The notes below the pieces were generated by a model. The model worked only from the letters and a program-made list of their open reading frames with translations, did no database searches and was not told where the DNA came from. The translations under genes were made by a program, and so were the position numbers. A DNA stretch of 64,000 bases from Actinomycetes bacterium (GTDB taxonomy: Bacteria; Actinomycetota; Acidimicrobiia; Acidimicrobiales; Bog-793). How positions within the stretch are numbered: position 1 is the stretch's first letter; each line of letters opens with the position of its first letter. The stretch covers positions 338 through 64,337 of the forward strand of contig JAKBPI010000005.1 of the NCBI GenBank assembly GCA_021829645.1, in the 5' to 3' direction. Positions 19,379 to 28,655 of the stretch are shown here, piece by piece.

Positions 19379-20026
19379 ATGAATGTTTTTTTAGTAGACG
19401 ATCACGAACTCGTCAGGCGAGGTCTGAGAGAGCTGCTACAGTCGGCAGAAGACATCACCGTCACCGGTGAAGCTTCCAACGTTGCTGAAGCTTTACAGAG
19501 GATCCCCTTAGCCGAAGTCAACGTTGCCGTTATCGATGTGAGACTTCCCGACGGCAACGGGATTGAGTTGTGTCGAGAGATCCTTTCCGAAGATCCTTCG
19601 ATCAGGTGTCTTATCCTCACCTCTTATGACGACGATCAGGCCTTGGAATCGGCAATTTTAGCCGGAGCCAGCGGCTACTTACTAAAGCAGATACGCGGCA
19701 ACGAACTAATCGGATCCATACGCAAAGTCGGCGAAGGAGGATCTCTCATAGATCCCAAAGTAGCCCGTATGGCCATAGAGCATCTACACCATAAAACCAG
19801 ACCGGATTCCAGGATCGACCATCTGACCGCTCAAGAACGTAAAATTCTGTCTTTACTGGCAGAGGGGAAAACAAACCGCCAAATTGGCGCCGAAATGTTT
19901 TTGGCAGAAAAAACGGTCAAGAATTATGTCTCCAACGTATTGAATAAAATGGGGTTTTCCAGGAGGACAGAGGCTGCCGTCTATGCCGCCAGATTGGAAG
20001 AAAAGGGCGAGTTGGATACCAACTAA
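19379..20026 (+). CDS. NarL/LuxR-family two-component response regulator
   Basis: Receiver domain (VFLVDDH, IDVRLPDGNG) plus a LuxR helix-turn-helix (LTAQERKILSLLAEGKTNRQIG). Confidence 0.92.
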   Translation: MNVFLVDDHELVRRGLRELLQSAEDITVTGEASNVAEALQRIPLAEVNVAVIDVRLPDGNGIELCREILSEDPSIRCLILTSYDDDQALESAILAGASGYLLKQIRGNELIGSIRKVGEGGSLIDPKVARMAIEHLHHKTRPDSRIDHLTAQERKILSLLAEGKTNRQIGAEMFLAEKTVKNYVSNVLNKMGFSRRTEAAVYAARLEEKGELDTN

Positions 20027-20033
20027 TGCTGTC

Positions 20034-20537
20034 TTAGGATTCCAACACCGATGCTATCTGTGTTAAAAATCTTCTTATGGTGTCTTCGGCAATTCTATGC
20101 ATAAATGCATTGTTGACCACTTCCCCTATGACGCCGAGGGGGACCCTATAGCGTCCCGTAATTCCCAGTCGGCAGACACCGCTGTCCAAAGCAGACAATT
20201 CCAAATCGGCTTCCAAGGTTGGAAAAAGTTTGGACGTACCGGTAGGGGTCCAGACCATGGGCACCACAACGGCATTTGGACGGATTCTCGGTTCTCCGAG
20301 CACAACATCAACGGTTTTTGCCATCAAAACACCTGAGCCGACTTTGACTTTTGCACCACTGCTCTCTAAGGATGCCGTCTCGTTAGCTATAGGTGCCAAC
20401 CAGGAAGCATGGTCGTAAGCGAGTTTGGCCATCAATGAATCCAACTCTCCGTTGATGTGGACAAAGTCCGATACAAAAATCACGGAACCGCTCTTTTGCT
20501 TTCCCTTACCGTCTGATGCAACCAACTTTTCGACCAT
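20034..20537 (-). CDS. hypothetical protein
   Basis: 167-aa ORF on the opposite strand, between the response regulator and the YbjQ genes. No motif recognised. Confidence 0.5.
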   Translation of the reverse strand: MVEKLVASDGKGKQKSGSVIFVSDFVHINGELDSLMAKLAYDHASWLAPIANETASLESSGAKVKVGSGVLMAKTVDVVLGEPRIRPNAVVVPMVWTPTGTSKLFPTLEADLELSALDSGVCRLGITGRYRVPLGVIGEVVNNAFMHRIAEDTIRRFLTQIASVLES

Positions 20538-20762
20538 AATGAAGCAATTTTACATCTTCTGTCACCAAGACCATTAGGGCACTAAGTCATCTAATCTTGG
20601 GAGCTTTGAGAGTTTGCTTAAGATATTTTAAGCTTTCTTCTCCACGGCAAGCAACCCAATTCTGGTAAGCGTTGCTTTAGACCTTAAAAAGTTCTCTCAT
20701 AGCTTTGACATAGACGGGATATGTGCTAGCGTTACGGTAGAAAGCAAAAATCGGAGAAGCAA

Positions 20763-21665
20763 ATGTCGTATACTCCATCCAACGCGAACAAAGACCTTTT
20801 ACCTCCGCAAGCGTTGAAAAGACTTGAGGCGCTCAAAAACTCCCATACTTCTTCTTCACTTCTCAGCTCATCGGCACATCTATCTACAAAACTTTGCGGT
20901 TTCACTCCGGTGGGAGAAGTTATGGGCTGCATTGTACAAAATATCGGCTTCAGCGGATACGCCGGATGCGGCTGGTATGGCGGTAGCTATGGTTACGGAA
21001 CACCGAATTTGTACACAACCCTCTATGACGGCAATAACACCGGTAATTGGGGAGGGCTAAATCCCTACCTGAGCGCCCTACATAATGGCTACAACACCGC
21101 TCTCGCCCGGATGGAAGCAGAAGCAGCAGCACTCGGTGCAGACGGGGTCATAGGAGTTACTCTCAAAGAAAGTCGATTTGAAGGCGGACAAAGAGAGTAC
21201 GTAGCCATGGGTACAGCCATCAGATCTCTAGGGGGACTGCATACCACAAACCCTTTCACCACTTTGCTCTCCGGAAACGATTTGGCCAAACTCGTCAGCT
21301 CCGGATGGATACCCAAGTCAATACTGTTTGCCATTTCTCTTGGAGTGAAACATGATGACTATTACACGAGAATGATATCTTCATCACTGACTTACAACAG
21401 TGAAATGCCGGCTCATACCGATCTTGTGAACGCCGTACGCAACGACGCTCGACTGCAACTCGCCCGTATGGCAACAAGAGCCGGTGCCCATGGTGTCATA
21501 TTGTCAGACAAAATTACCACAGAAATACATGAGATTGAAATTGCCGAGCAGCACAGAGACCTGGTAGGTATGGCCAATGCCACCGGTAACGCAATAGTGC
21601 GTTACGATGCGGCTTTGGAAGCAAAAAACTTTGGCAGCATACGAAAGACAATAAGTTTAAGATAG
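20763..21665 (+). CDS. tandem YbjQ/UPF0145-domain protein (so-called heavy-metal-binding domain)
   Basis: 300 aa with two YbjQ-like halves, each ending in A..RM..EA..LGADGV(I/L)GV ... GTAI-type motifs. The first half carries a Gly/Tyr-rich insertion. Confidence 0.68.
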   Translation: MSYTPSNANKDLLPPQALKRLEALKNSHTSSSLLSSSAHLSTKLCGFTPVGEVMGCIVQNIGFSGYAGCGWYGGSYGYGTPNLYTTLYDGNNTGNWGGLNPYLSALHNGYNTALARMEAEAAALGADGVIGVTLKESRFEGGQREYVAMGTAIRSLGGLHTTNPFTTLLSGNDLAKLVSSGWIPKSILFAISLGVKHDDYYTRMISSSLTYNSEMPAHTDLVNAVRNDARLQLARMATRAGAHGVILSDKITTEIHEIEIAEQHRDLVGMANATGNAIVRYDAALEAKNFGSIRKTISLR

Positions 21666-21701
21666 CGACGCCCCAGTCGGCAACCAGTATAGGAGAAACA
21701 A

Positions 21702-22511
21702 ATGTCAGAAGACCAGTTGCAAATCCCAGAAGATGCAATACGTCGCCTTAATGAAATGAAGCCGGGGTCTTCCACGGCTCTATTTACTTCCGACTTATCG
21801 GTCAATGAGTTTCTGTTGGTACGCGAAGCAGGTTTTAAACCCCTGGGGCTTGTACTCGGCTCGAGTGTGTACCATGTAGGCCTTCAAGTGGGAAAGTGGA
21901 GCCAAAATATGGAACTGGATAAGCTGTCACAGGCTATGTACCACGCCAGAGAGCTTGCCATGACGCGCATGGAGCAAGAAGCCCAAGCTCTGGGGGCGGA
22001 CGGCATAGTGGGCGTTAGGCTGGACATAGAATTCAAAGAATTTGGATCCGATATAGCAGAATTTATAGCTGTAGGCACCGCTGTCAAAGCAGACGTGCCC
22101 GGAACTTGGCTCAATAATAAAAATATGCCTTTCACATCTGACCTTTCCGGTCAGGATTTTTGGACTCTTATTCAGACCGGCTACGCACCGCTTGGAATGG
22201 TCATGGGTAGCTGTGTTTACCATATAGCACACCAAAAAGGGTTTTCTGCCTTCAATAACATGGGTCGAAACGTTGAAATTACCCAGTTCACGGAAGCCCT
22301 TTATGACGCTAGGGAACTTGCTATGAGCCGTATGCAGGCAGAAGCCGAGACTTTGCACGCGGAGGGCATCGTCGGAGTTCAGCTTTTGTCTCTACCCCAC
22401 AAGTGGGGCGGACATACCACAGAATTCTTCGCCATAGGAACAGCAGTAAAACCATTGCGTACCGACCATGTCATCGCTAAACCGCAAATGTTCTTACCCC
22501 TAACTGACTAG
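21702..22511 (+). CDS. tandem YbjQ/UPF0145-domain protein
   Basis: 269 aa with two clear YbjQ repeats (ARELAMTRMEQEAQALGADGIVGVRL...AVGTAVK and ARELAMSRMQAEAETLHAEGIVGVQL...AIGTAVK). Confidence 0.8.
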   Translation: MSEDQLQIPEDAIRRLNEMKPGSSTALFTSDLSVNEFLLVREAGFKPLGLVLGSSVYHVGLQVGKWSQNMELDKLSQAMYHARELAMTRMEQEAQALGADGIVGVRLDIEFKEFGSDIAEFIAVGTAVKADVPGTWLNNKNMPFTSDLSGQDFWTLIQTGYAPLGMVMGSCVYHIAHQKGFSAFNNMGRNVEITQFTEALYDARELAMSRMQAEAETLHAEGIVGVQLLSLPHKWGGHTTEFFAIGTAVKPLRTDHVIAKPQMFLPLTD

Positions 22512-22580
22512 TTTTGGAGTAAGAAAAATATCTTAACCCATCGGAGAGCATGGCTTTAAAAATCTAGATAGTCTTATCTC

Positions 22581-23774
22581 GTGAGTGACTTTATCGAGAC
22601 AAAAAATACCTCTCTTTCACTTGGCAAAGTGCATAATGATCGAGATATTTCACAGAGAATGGATTCTTTGGTAGAAGCAGTCACCGTGATAACTTCCGGT
22701 CTCAATCTAAGCGAGACCTTACAGCACATAGCCGATTCCGCCAGATCCCTAATGCACTGTCGCTACAGCGCTTTGGGAATACTGGGGGCGGATAACAAAA
22801 TTGAAAAATTTATCATCTCAGGCATAAACGAGGAAGAAGCAGACAGAATTGGTCCTTACCCTGAAGGGAAAGGACTGTTAGGGCTCTTGATACAGTCCCC
22901 AACCCCTGTTCGCATAGATGACATTTCGAAGCATCCCCTTTCCTACGGCTTTCCGCCGAAGCATCCGATGATGAAGACATTCCTTGGCGTGCCGATCAAA
23001 ATAGAAAACCGTGTCTTTGGTAATCTCTATCTAACGGATAAACTCAATAGCTACAGTCAAAACGCCGACGATATGGTTATCGGGTTTACGGCGGCAGATG
23101 AACGTTTAGCCATGGCACTGTCGGCTATTGCCGGCATTGCCATAGAAAATACAAGGTTACATCAGCGGGCAGCTCAGCTTATACTCGCTTCAGATAGAGA
23201 GCGTATCGCTAGAGATCTGCACGATCTGATTATTCAGCGCCTCTTTGCAATTGGTATGAGCCTCCAGGGAATGATAAATGTAATGGACGATGACGTCAGC
23301 AAAGAGCGCCTTGCCGAAGTTATAGACGGTCTAGACGGAACCATAGCCGATATACGTAAAACGATTTTTTCTTTGGGAAACAAGGATAATACCTTTAAAT
23401 CTGCTTTTATTACCACAGTCGAAGAAGCTTCTGAATTGCTTGGCTATAAGCCAAAACTAAACCTCATAGGGCACATAGATACTTTAATTGACAGACACTT
23501 AGGAGACCATATTTTAGCAGTGTTAAAAGAAGGCTTATCCAATATTTTACGACACGCAAAAGCCACAGAGGTAACCATAACTCTGGAAGCTGACGACGAG
23601 ATCTCTTTGACAATTAAGGACAACGGTCGCGGTATCAAAGAAAAAGGTGCGAATGGCTTTGGCCTTGCCAATATGGAAGAGCGTGCCAAACTTCTGGGAG
23701 GCTCTTTCAGCATATCCTCTCTGGAAACAGGCGGTTCATGTCTCAAATGGGCCGTTCCCGCAAACAGAAATTAG
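22581..23774 (+). CDS. GAF-domain sensor histidine kinase (HisKA_3/NarX-DevS type)
   Basis: A GAF region, then H-box RIARDLHDLIIQRLF, N-box LSNILRHAKA, and G-boxes DNGRGI and GFGLANMEERA. GTG start. Confidence 0.9.
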   Translation: MSDFIETKNTSLSLGKVHNDRDISQRMDSLVEAVTVITSGLNLSETLQHIADSARSLMHCRYSALGILGADNKIEKFIISGINEEEADRIGPYPEGKGLLGLLIQSPTPVRIDDISKHPLSYGFPPKHPMMKTFLGVPIKIENRVFGNLYLTDKLNSYSQNADDMVIGFTAADERLAMALSAIAGIAIENTRLHQRAAQLILASDRERIARDLHDLIIQRLFAIGMSLQGMINVMDDDVSKERLAEVIDGLDGTIADIRKTIFSLGNKDNTFKSAFITTVEEASELLGYKPKLNLIGHIDTLIDRHLGDHILAVLKEGLSNILRHAKATEVTITLEADDEISLTIKDNGRGIKEKGANGFGLANMEERAKLLGGSFSISSLETGGSCLKWAVPANRN

Positions 23775-23914
23775 GGCCAAGCTTCTTCATCGGTATTTGA
23801 CCTTTGAGTCTTTTGTCACTGTCAGGCATGACAATTTACTCTAATGAACCCTGACACTCCGGTGTAATAATACTGATATAAGCAATTAGCTTGTAAAAAC
23901 GAAAGGGGTGCAAC

Positions 23915-24508
23915 ATGAAACTCAACTCATTGATAACAGAACCGGAAGAAATCCATACCCCGAGGTCGTTACACTACCTCACCCATTCTAAAGCAATGGG
24001 AGTGGTTTGGTCAGCCCTCAGAATATGGCTGGGTGTGATGTGGATACAAGCAGGTGTATCCAAACTATGGGGCGCAGAAAACTCTGCCTTTCTGCACAAC
24101 AACGGAGCGGCCGTGGCTGGTTTTGCTTCCCACGGCATACCCGCTTACAGCTGGTGGGGCAGTTTCCTACACGGATTTGTGGTACCAAACGCCGACTGGG
24201 TAGCCGTGCTTGTTTCGATTTCGGAATTTCTGGTTGGCTTGGGCTTAGTACTGGGTTTTTTGACACCTGCTGCTGCCACAGTGGGAGCTCTTTTGAACTT
24301 CACATACGTCATGTCCGGGACAGCCAGCGTAAATGCATTTTATGCTCTAGTGGCCATCGTCATCTTGGCTACGTGGAGAACTTCTTCTGAAATAGGTATA
24401 GACGGATTTATCAGGGCTTACCGCCAGACACACAACGGACGACTCTTCAAAAAGAACGTGTTTAGCGGACTGGCTAAAGTAAAGGGAGGCACCCCCAAAG
24501 TAGCATAA
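23915..24508 (+). CDS. DoxX-family membrane protein
   Basis: 197 aa with about 4 TM helices and a DoxX-like RIWLGVMWIQAGVSKLWG segment. Confidence 0.75.
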   Translation: MKLNSLITEPEEIHTPRSLHYLTHSKAMGVVWSALRIWLGVMWIQAGVSKLWGAENSAFLHNNGAAVAGFASHGIPAYSWWGSFLHGFVVPNADWVAVLVSISEFLVGLGLVLGFLTPAAATVGALLNFTYVMSGTASVNAFYALVAIVILATWRTSSEIGIDGFIRAYRQTHNGRLFKKNVFSGLAKVKGGTPKVA

Positions 24509-24523
24509 AAGACCTTTACTCAA

Positions 24524-24580
24524 AGCCTTAAGTGATGGGGTAACCAAATGGTTACCCCATCACTTAAGGCTTAATTCTTT
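24524..24580 (+). terminator. rho-independent terminator after the DoxX gene
   Basis: Perfect 22-bp stem AGCCTTAAGTGATGGGGTAACC / GGTTACCCCATCACTTAAGGCT with loop AAAT, followed by TAATTCTTTTT. Confidence 0.75.
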
Positions 24581-24627
24581 TTACGACCGTATAAAACCCG
24601 TACCTCAATCGAGTAATTTAATAAGTT

Positions 24628-26157
24628 GTGAACCATGACTCATCGGGTAGTTCAAACCGAGTAATCCTGACGGTTTTATGCCTTGTCCTCTTCATTACCT
24701 TCCTTGATACCACGATTGTAAGCGTGACGCTTGGCGACATTCAATTGGATTTGCACGCCGGAGTCGCTCAGTTACAATGGGTCATCAACGGCTACGCGTT
24801 ACCGTTTGCCAGCCTCATGTTGCTAGCGGGAAATCTTGCCGACAGATTTGGAAGAAAAAAATTACTCATCCTCGGTCTAGCTATTTTTACTCTCGGCTCC
24901 CTTCTCGCAGCGTTGGCACCCAATCCGGACATTTTGATTTTTGCAAGAGCAATTATGGGCGTAGGTGCCGCTGCATCCGAACCGGGCACTCTTTCCATTA
25001 TCAGGCACGTATACGAAGATCAAAATGAGAGGGCGAAATCTACAGGAATTTGGGCGGCCGTGGCGGGGTTGGCTTTAGCCTGTGGTCCCGTATTGGGTGG
25101 CATTCTGACAGATGCCGGCTCTTGGAGATACGTATTTTGGTTTAACTTTATTTTAGGCATTTTCTTGGTTATGTTGGCGCTCAGAACTATCCCTGAAAGT
25201 TTTGATAAATCTGACAGCAAACTGGATATAAAAGGGTTTTTCACAGCTACAGCAGCCTTGTCTGCCGTTACATTTGCTATCATTCTGGGGGAATCATCGG
25301 GTTATATCAATTCACTCACAATTGGCCTTTTTGCTGCCTCAGCGGTTTTTGCGCTTTCTTTTATCGTGACGGAAAAGAAATCTCAAAACCCGATGTTGCC
25401 TACAGCTTATTTTCGCAATTCATCTTTTAGCGGATCCCTTTTTGTAAGTTTAACTCTGTTTTTTGGTATTTTTGCCATCTTCTTTTTTACGGCTCTCTAT
25501 TTGGAAGAGGTGTTAAATTATTCAGGTTATAGGATAGCGATAGATTTTTTACCCATGACGTGCTTAATGATTCTGTCATCCCTAACAACCGGCCGTAAAA
25601 TTGGTAAATATGGCTATAAATTATTTATAGTCGGCGGATGCCTGATAGCGGGAGTAGGCACCTTGTTATCAATGGGAGCGCTCAAATCTGCAATACCTTC
25701 TTCCATGTTACCTTGGTACTTGGGCTTAGCCGGCATGGGGTTCGGATCCGCCGTCGTACCTGCCGTCTTGGTAGTGCTGGATATGGTCCCGCCGGAACAT
25801 TCTTCAATGGCTGCCTCTTCTGCCAATACCAGCCGTGAACTTGGGTCGGTACTCGGAGTAGCTATTTTAGGATCCTTGGTGAATGGCAATTTAGGCACTT
25901 ACTTACTTCATAGGCTCAATGCCCTCAAAATACCTTCAGTCTTTCAACTCTTGGTCTTAAATGCTTTGGAAACGGGCAACATACCGAAAAATACTTACGC
26001 TGACCAAAGTCTGTATGGCAAAATCGTCACCAAAGTTATTATTGCTGCCTACGGTGCATTTCGAGAAGGACTTCACTACGCTCTCCTCTCTGCCGGCATT
26101 ATCCTTTTGGTATCGGCCGTAGTCAGCTATCTCGCCATCAAAAACGACGCCGGGTAG
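24628..26157 (+). CDS. MFS transporter, DHA2 (EmrB/QacA-like, 14-TM) family
   Basis: 509 aa with DTTIVSVTL and LADRFGRKK motifs and many TM helices. GTG start. Confidence 0.9.
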   Translation: MNHDSSGSSNRVILTVLCLVLFITFLDTTIVSVTLGDIQLDLHAGVAQLQWVINGYALPFASLMLLAGNLADRFGRKKLLILGLAIFTLGSLLAALAPNPDILIFARAIMGVGAAASEPGTLSIIRHVYEDQNERAKSTGIWAAVAGLALACGPVLGGILTDAGSWRYVFWFNFILGIFLVMLALRTIPESFDKSDSKLDIKGFFTATAALSAVTFAIILGESSGYINSLTIGLFAASAVFALSFIVTEKKSQNPMLPTAYFRNSSFSGSLFVSLTLFFGIFAIFFFTALYLEEVLNYSGYRIAIDFLPMTCLMILSSLTTGRKIGKYGYKLFIVGGCLIAGVGTLLSMGALKSAIPSSMLPWYLGLAGMGFGSAVVPAVLVVLDMVPPEHSSMAASSANTSRELGSVLGVAILGSLVNGNLGTYLLHRLNALKIPSVFQLLVLNALETGNIPKNTYADQSLYGKIVTKVIIAAYGAFREGLHYALLSAGIILLVSAVVSYLAIKNDAG

Positions 26158-26159
26158 CT

Positions 26160-26618
26160 TCAGGATTCTGCTTTTGTACATACTCCGCACATCCCCTGCA
26201 AAGCAAAATGCTTAGGGTTGATAGAAAAATTAAAGTTTTTCTTTATCTCACGCATAAACGGGTTGAGCAATTCAAGGGAAACTTCTAAGATTTGTCCGCA
26301 TGATTCGCAAACTAAATGCACATGAATTTCATTTTCTAAGTGATAAGTTGCAGGACCATGTAGAAAGTGGGTATGCACTACCACGCCCAGCTTTTCCAAT
26401 TCTTCTAGATTGCGATAGACCGTAGATAGATGTATTTCCGGATATTGTTCCCTGACAAGCCCGGCGACTTCTTCGGCTGTAATGTGCTCCTTGGCATTTA
26501 TCAGGGACTTCAAAATGGCGTGCCGGGATTTCGTAACCCGACCGCCACTTAGTCGAACCAAGGCTAATACGTCATTTTCATCCATATCGCACCAAAATGT
26601 CAAAATACCATCTGTCAT
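26160..26618 (-). CDS. Fur-family metalloregulator
   Basis: Winged-helix N-terminus (TKSRHAILKSL), HVHLVCESCG and a C-terminal CGVC. An alternative start lies at 26585. Confidence 0.85.
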   Translation of the reverse strand: MTDGILTFWCDMDENDVLALVRLSGGRVTKSRHAILKSLINAKEHITAEEVAGLVREQYPEIHLSTVYRNLEELEKLGVVVHTHFLHGPATYHLENEIHVHLVCESCGQILEVSLELLNPFMREIKKNFNFSINPKHFALQGMCGVCTKAES

Positions 26619-26694
26619 ACATCCAAGAGGTCTTGACTACGCGCCCCATGATCTTTGGAATCCAGATACCCACTAAAATATTCATGCTGCAACA

Positions 26695-26730
26695 ACAATA
26701 CTCCCACCTCATATGAGATGGGAGTATTGT
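26695..26730 (-). terminator. hairpin between htrA-like stop and Fur-family gene start (weak terminator candidate)
   Basis: 17-bp arms ACAATACTCCCACCTCA / TGAGATGGGAGTATTGT with one mismatch. There is no clear U-tract. Confidence 0.3.
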
Positions 26731-26763
26731 ACGATTGATTTATCAGTGATTTTCTGTCAGGGT

Positions 26764-28410
26764 CTAATCCGGTAACCCGCCAAGGGTAACGGCCGCAGTC
26801 TTGCTTGCACCCGTGGGCGAGGTATAGGTGACGTTTACCGTATCACCTGGTTTGAATTTAGCTATTTGAGTATGCAGAGCGCTTCCCGTAGGAGTAGCGG
26901 CTCCGTTCAAAGCCGTTATGGTATCTCCTGCAGCCAGACCAGCCTTTTGAGCTGCTCCGTTTTGAGCAACTGCACTTATCGTTACCCCATTTGTCTGCTG
27001 ACCGGAGTTGGTAGTGCCTGAAGAACCTCCTATTGTGCCCTGATTATTAAAGAAACCGCCAAAAGGATTGGTAATACCCGAATTGGCAGTCGGAGGCTGA
27101 TAAAAGATGCCCAGGAAGGCAGGTACACCTATTTGGACACCGTTTACCGTATTGCCGGCCTTGATATCTCCTATCAGTCTGAGAGCCCTATTAGCCGGAA
27201 TGGCATATCCTTGAGTAGCGCCTGCGGTAGCCGTCAAAGCAGCGGTGTCCATGCCGATAACCTGTCCGGAGGTATTCACCAAAGGACCACCCGAATCTCC
27301 CGGCTCTATAGGAGCAGTCGTCTGTATCATGTTGTACAGAGTCTCGGATGCGCTGCTCAATTGATCGCTTGCTGTTATCGTGCGCCCCAGAGCCGATACT
27401 TCACCCGTGACAACCGTGGGAGTACCGCCCTGACCCAAAGCGTTTCCCAGAGCAATCACGCCTTCACCTAAAGTAACTTTGGAAGAGTTAGCAAAAGTTA
27501 CGGTAGGTAAGTGTGAAAACCCGTTTACCTTAATAAGCGCTACGTCATCCGTAGGGTCTTCTCCGACGACATGAGCCGGATAGCTGCCCGAATAACCGCG
27601 AATTGTTACACGTATCGTTGCTGCCTGATTGATCACGTGGTTGTTAGTCATGATCAGTCCGCTCGAAGAAACAATCATTCCGGTTCCCGCTGCCTGCTCG
27701 GCACCCAGACTCTGCGACTCTACTACCGTATTGATGTCCACTATGGCCGGTTCCACCTGGTTAGCTACCTTTTGCACCAGATTTGTACTGCTACTGGCTT
27801 GTGGTGCAAGCGAAGAAGAGGGGGTGTTCCCGGAATTGAGGTTACCGGAAGAAGACGGCGTATTATTTGTCGGTCCCAAAGCACTTGTGGAGACCTGTCT
27901 GCCTCCAAAAGCTATACCCAAACCGGCCCCAAGACCTCCGGCTAAAAGGGCTACGCCCATGACTGAGGCTAAAAGTCTTTTATACATTTTGGGGCTATGA
28001 GATGGAGAGGTCATGCCCGGCTGTCCCATTGACCAAGGAGGCGGAGGCACCCAGGCACCTGTGATATTAGCTGCCTGCATTGATTCAGGCGGGGTCATAT
28101 ATGGTGGCTGCCCCGCTCCCGGATACCCGTTGACAGGAGTCTCTGGTTGTTGGGAAAGTTGATCGCCGCTATTTTCGTCAACATAGCGTTCTTCTCCGTA
28201 ACGAAAGGCCGCGCTTTGTTGCTGACTTTGTGATCCCAAGTAAGTCTCGCTTGAAAAAGCCGTTTCACCAGTGGGGGTATCTTGGCTATAAGGCGGTTGC
28301 GGATCTTTGGAAACCGCCGCATCGTTCTGTTGATTAAATAGATTACTGCCGCTTTCTTGGATTGTTGAATCACCGTTGTTTGTCTCATCAAATTCAGCCA
28401 TGCTGATCAT
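26764..28410 (-). CDS. HtrA-like trypsin-fold serine protease with PDZ domain
   Basis: 548 aa. Pro/Gln-rich N-terminal region, one TM helix, catalytic motifs TNNHV and GDSGGPL, and a C-terminal PDZ-like region (AGLAAGDTITALNG). Confidence 0.9.
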   Translation of the reverse strand: MISMAEFDETNNGDSTIQESGSNLFNQQNDAAVSKDPQPPYSQDTPTGETAFSSETYLGSQSQQQSAAFRYGEERYVDENSGDQLSQQPETPVNGYPGAGQPPYMTPPESMQAANITGAWVPPPPWSMGQPGMTSPSHSPKMYKRLLASVMGVALLAGGLGAGLGIAFGGRQVSTSALGPTNNTPSSSGNLNSGNTPSSSLAPQASSSTNLVQKVANQVEPAIVDINTVVESQSLGAEQAAGTGMIVSSSGLIMTNNHVINQAATIRVTIRGYSGSYPAHVVGEDPTDDVALIKVNGFSHLPTVTFANSSKVTLGEGVIALGNALGQGGTPTVVTGEVSALGRTITASDQLSSASETLYNMIQTTAPIEPGDSGGPLVNTSGQVIGMDTAALTATAGATQGYAIPANRALRLIGDIKAGNTVNGVQIGVPAFLGIFYQPPTANSGITNPFGGFFNNQGTIGGSSGTTNSGQQTNGVTISAVAQNGAAQKAGLAAGDTITALNGAATPTGSALHTQIAKFKPGDTVNVTYTSPTGASKTAAVTLGGLPD

Positions 28411-28655
28411 CCCTTTCCTCTTCTATATACCATAGTCAGACATTTGTAAATCTCTCCCACCAAAAATATTTTTTATTGCCGAACCCGTCTCAATGAACTT
28501 TGCCTGGATCCCAGGGGGGAAGGATCCAGGCAATCTGTTCGACCTATGTCAATATTTCAGTTTGAGATTTTTCATATTAATATAATGCACCTTCATTCTC
28601 TGATTGCACTGAATATAATCTGTGAGTTTTCTGAGAATATTAACACAGGTACTTA

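Noticed and set aside
24007-24390. A 127-aa alternative-frame ORF overlapping the DoxX gene.
   Set aside because: The DoxX frame gives coherent TM helices, whereas the alternative frame is Arg/Cys-rich with no features.
26619-26763. A possible Fur/Zur box in front of the Fur-family gene.
   Set aside because: I found no A/T-rich 19-bp palindrome of the GATAATGATAATCATTATC or actinobacterial Zur type. The only dyad is the GC-containing hairpin at 26695-26730, which fits better as a terminator for the htrA-like gene.
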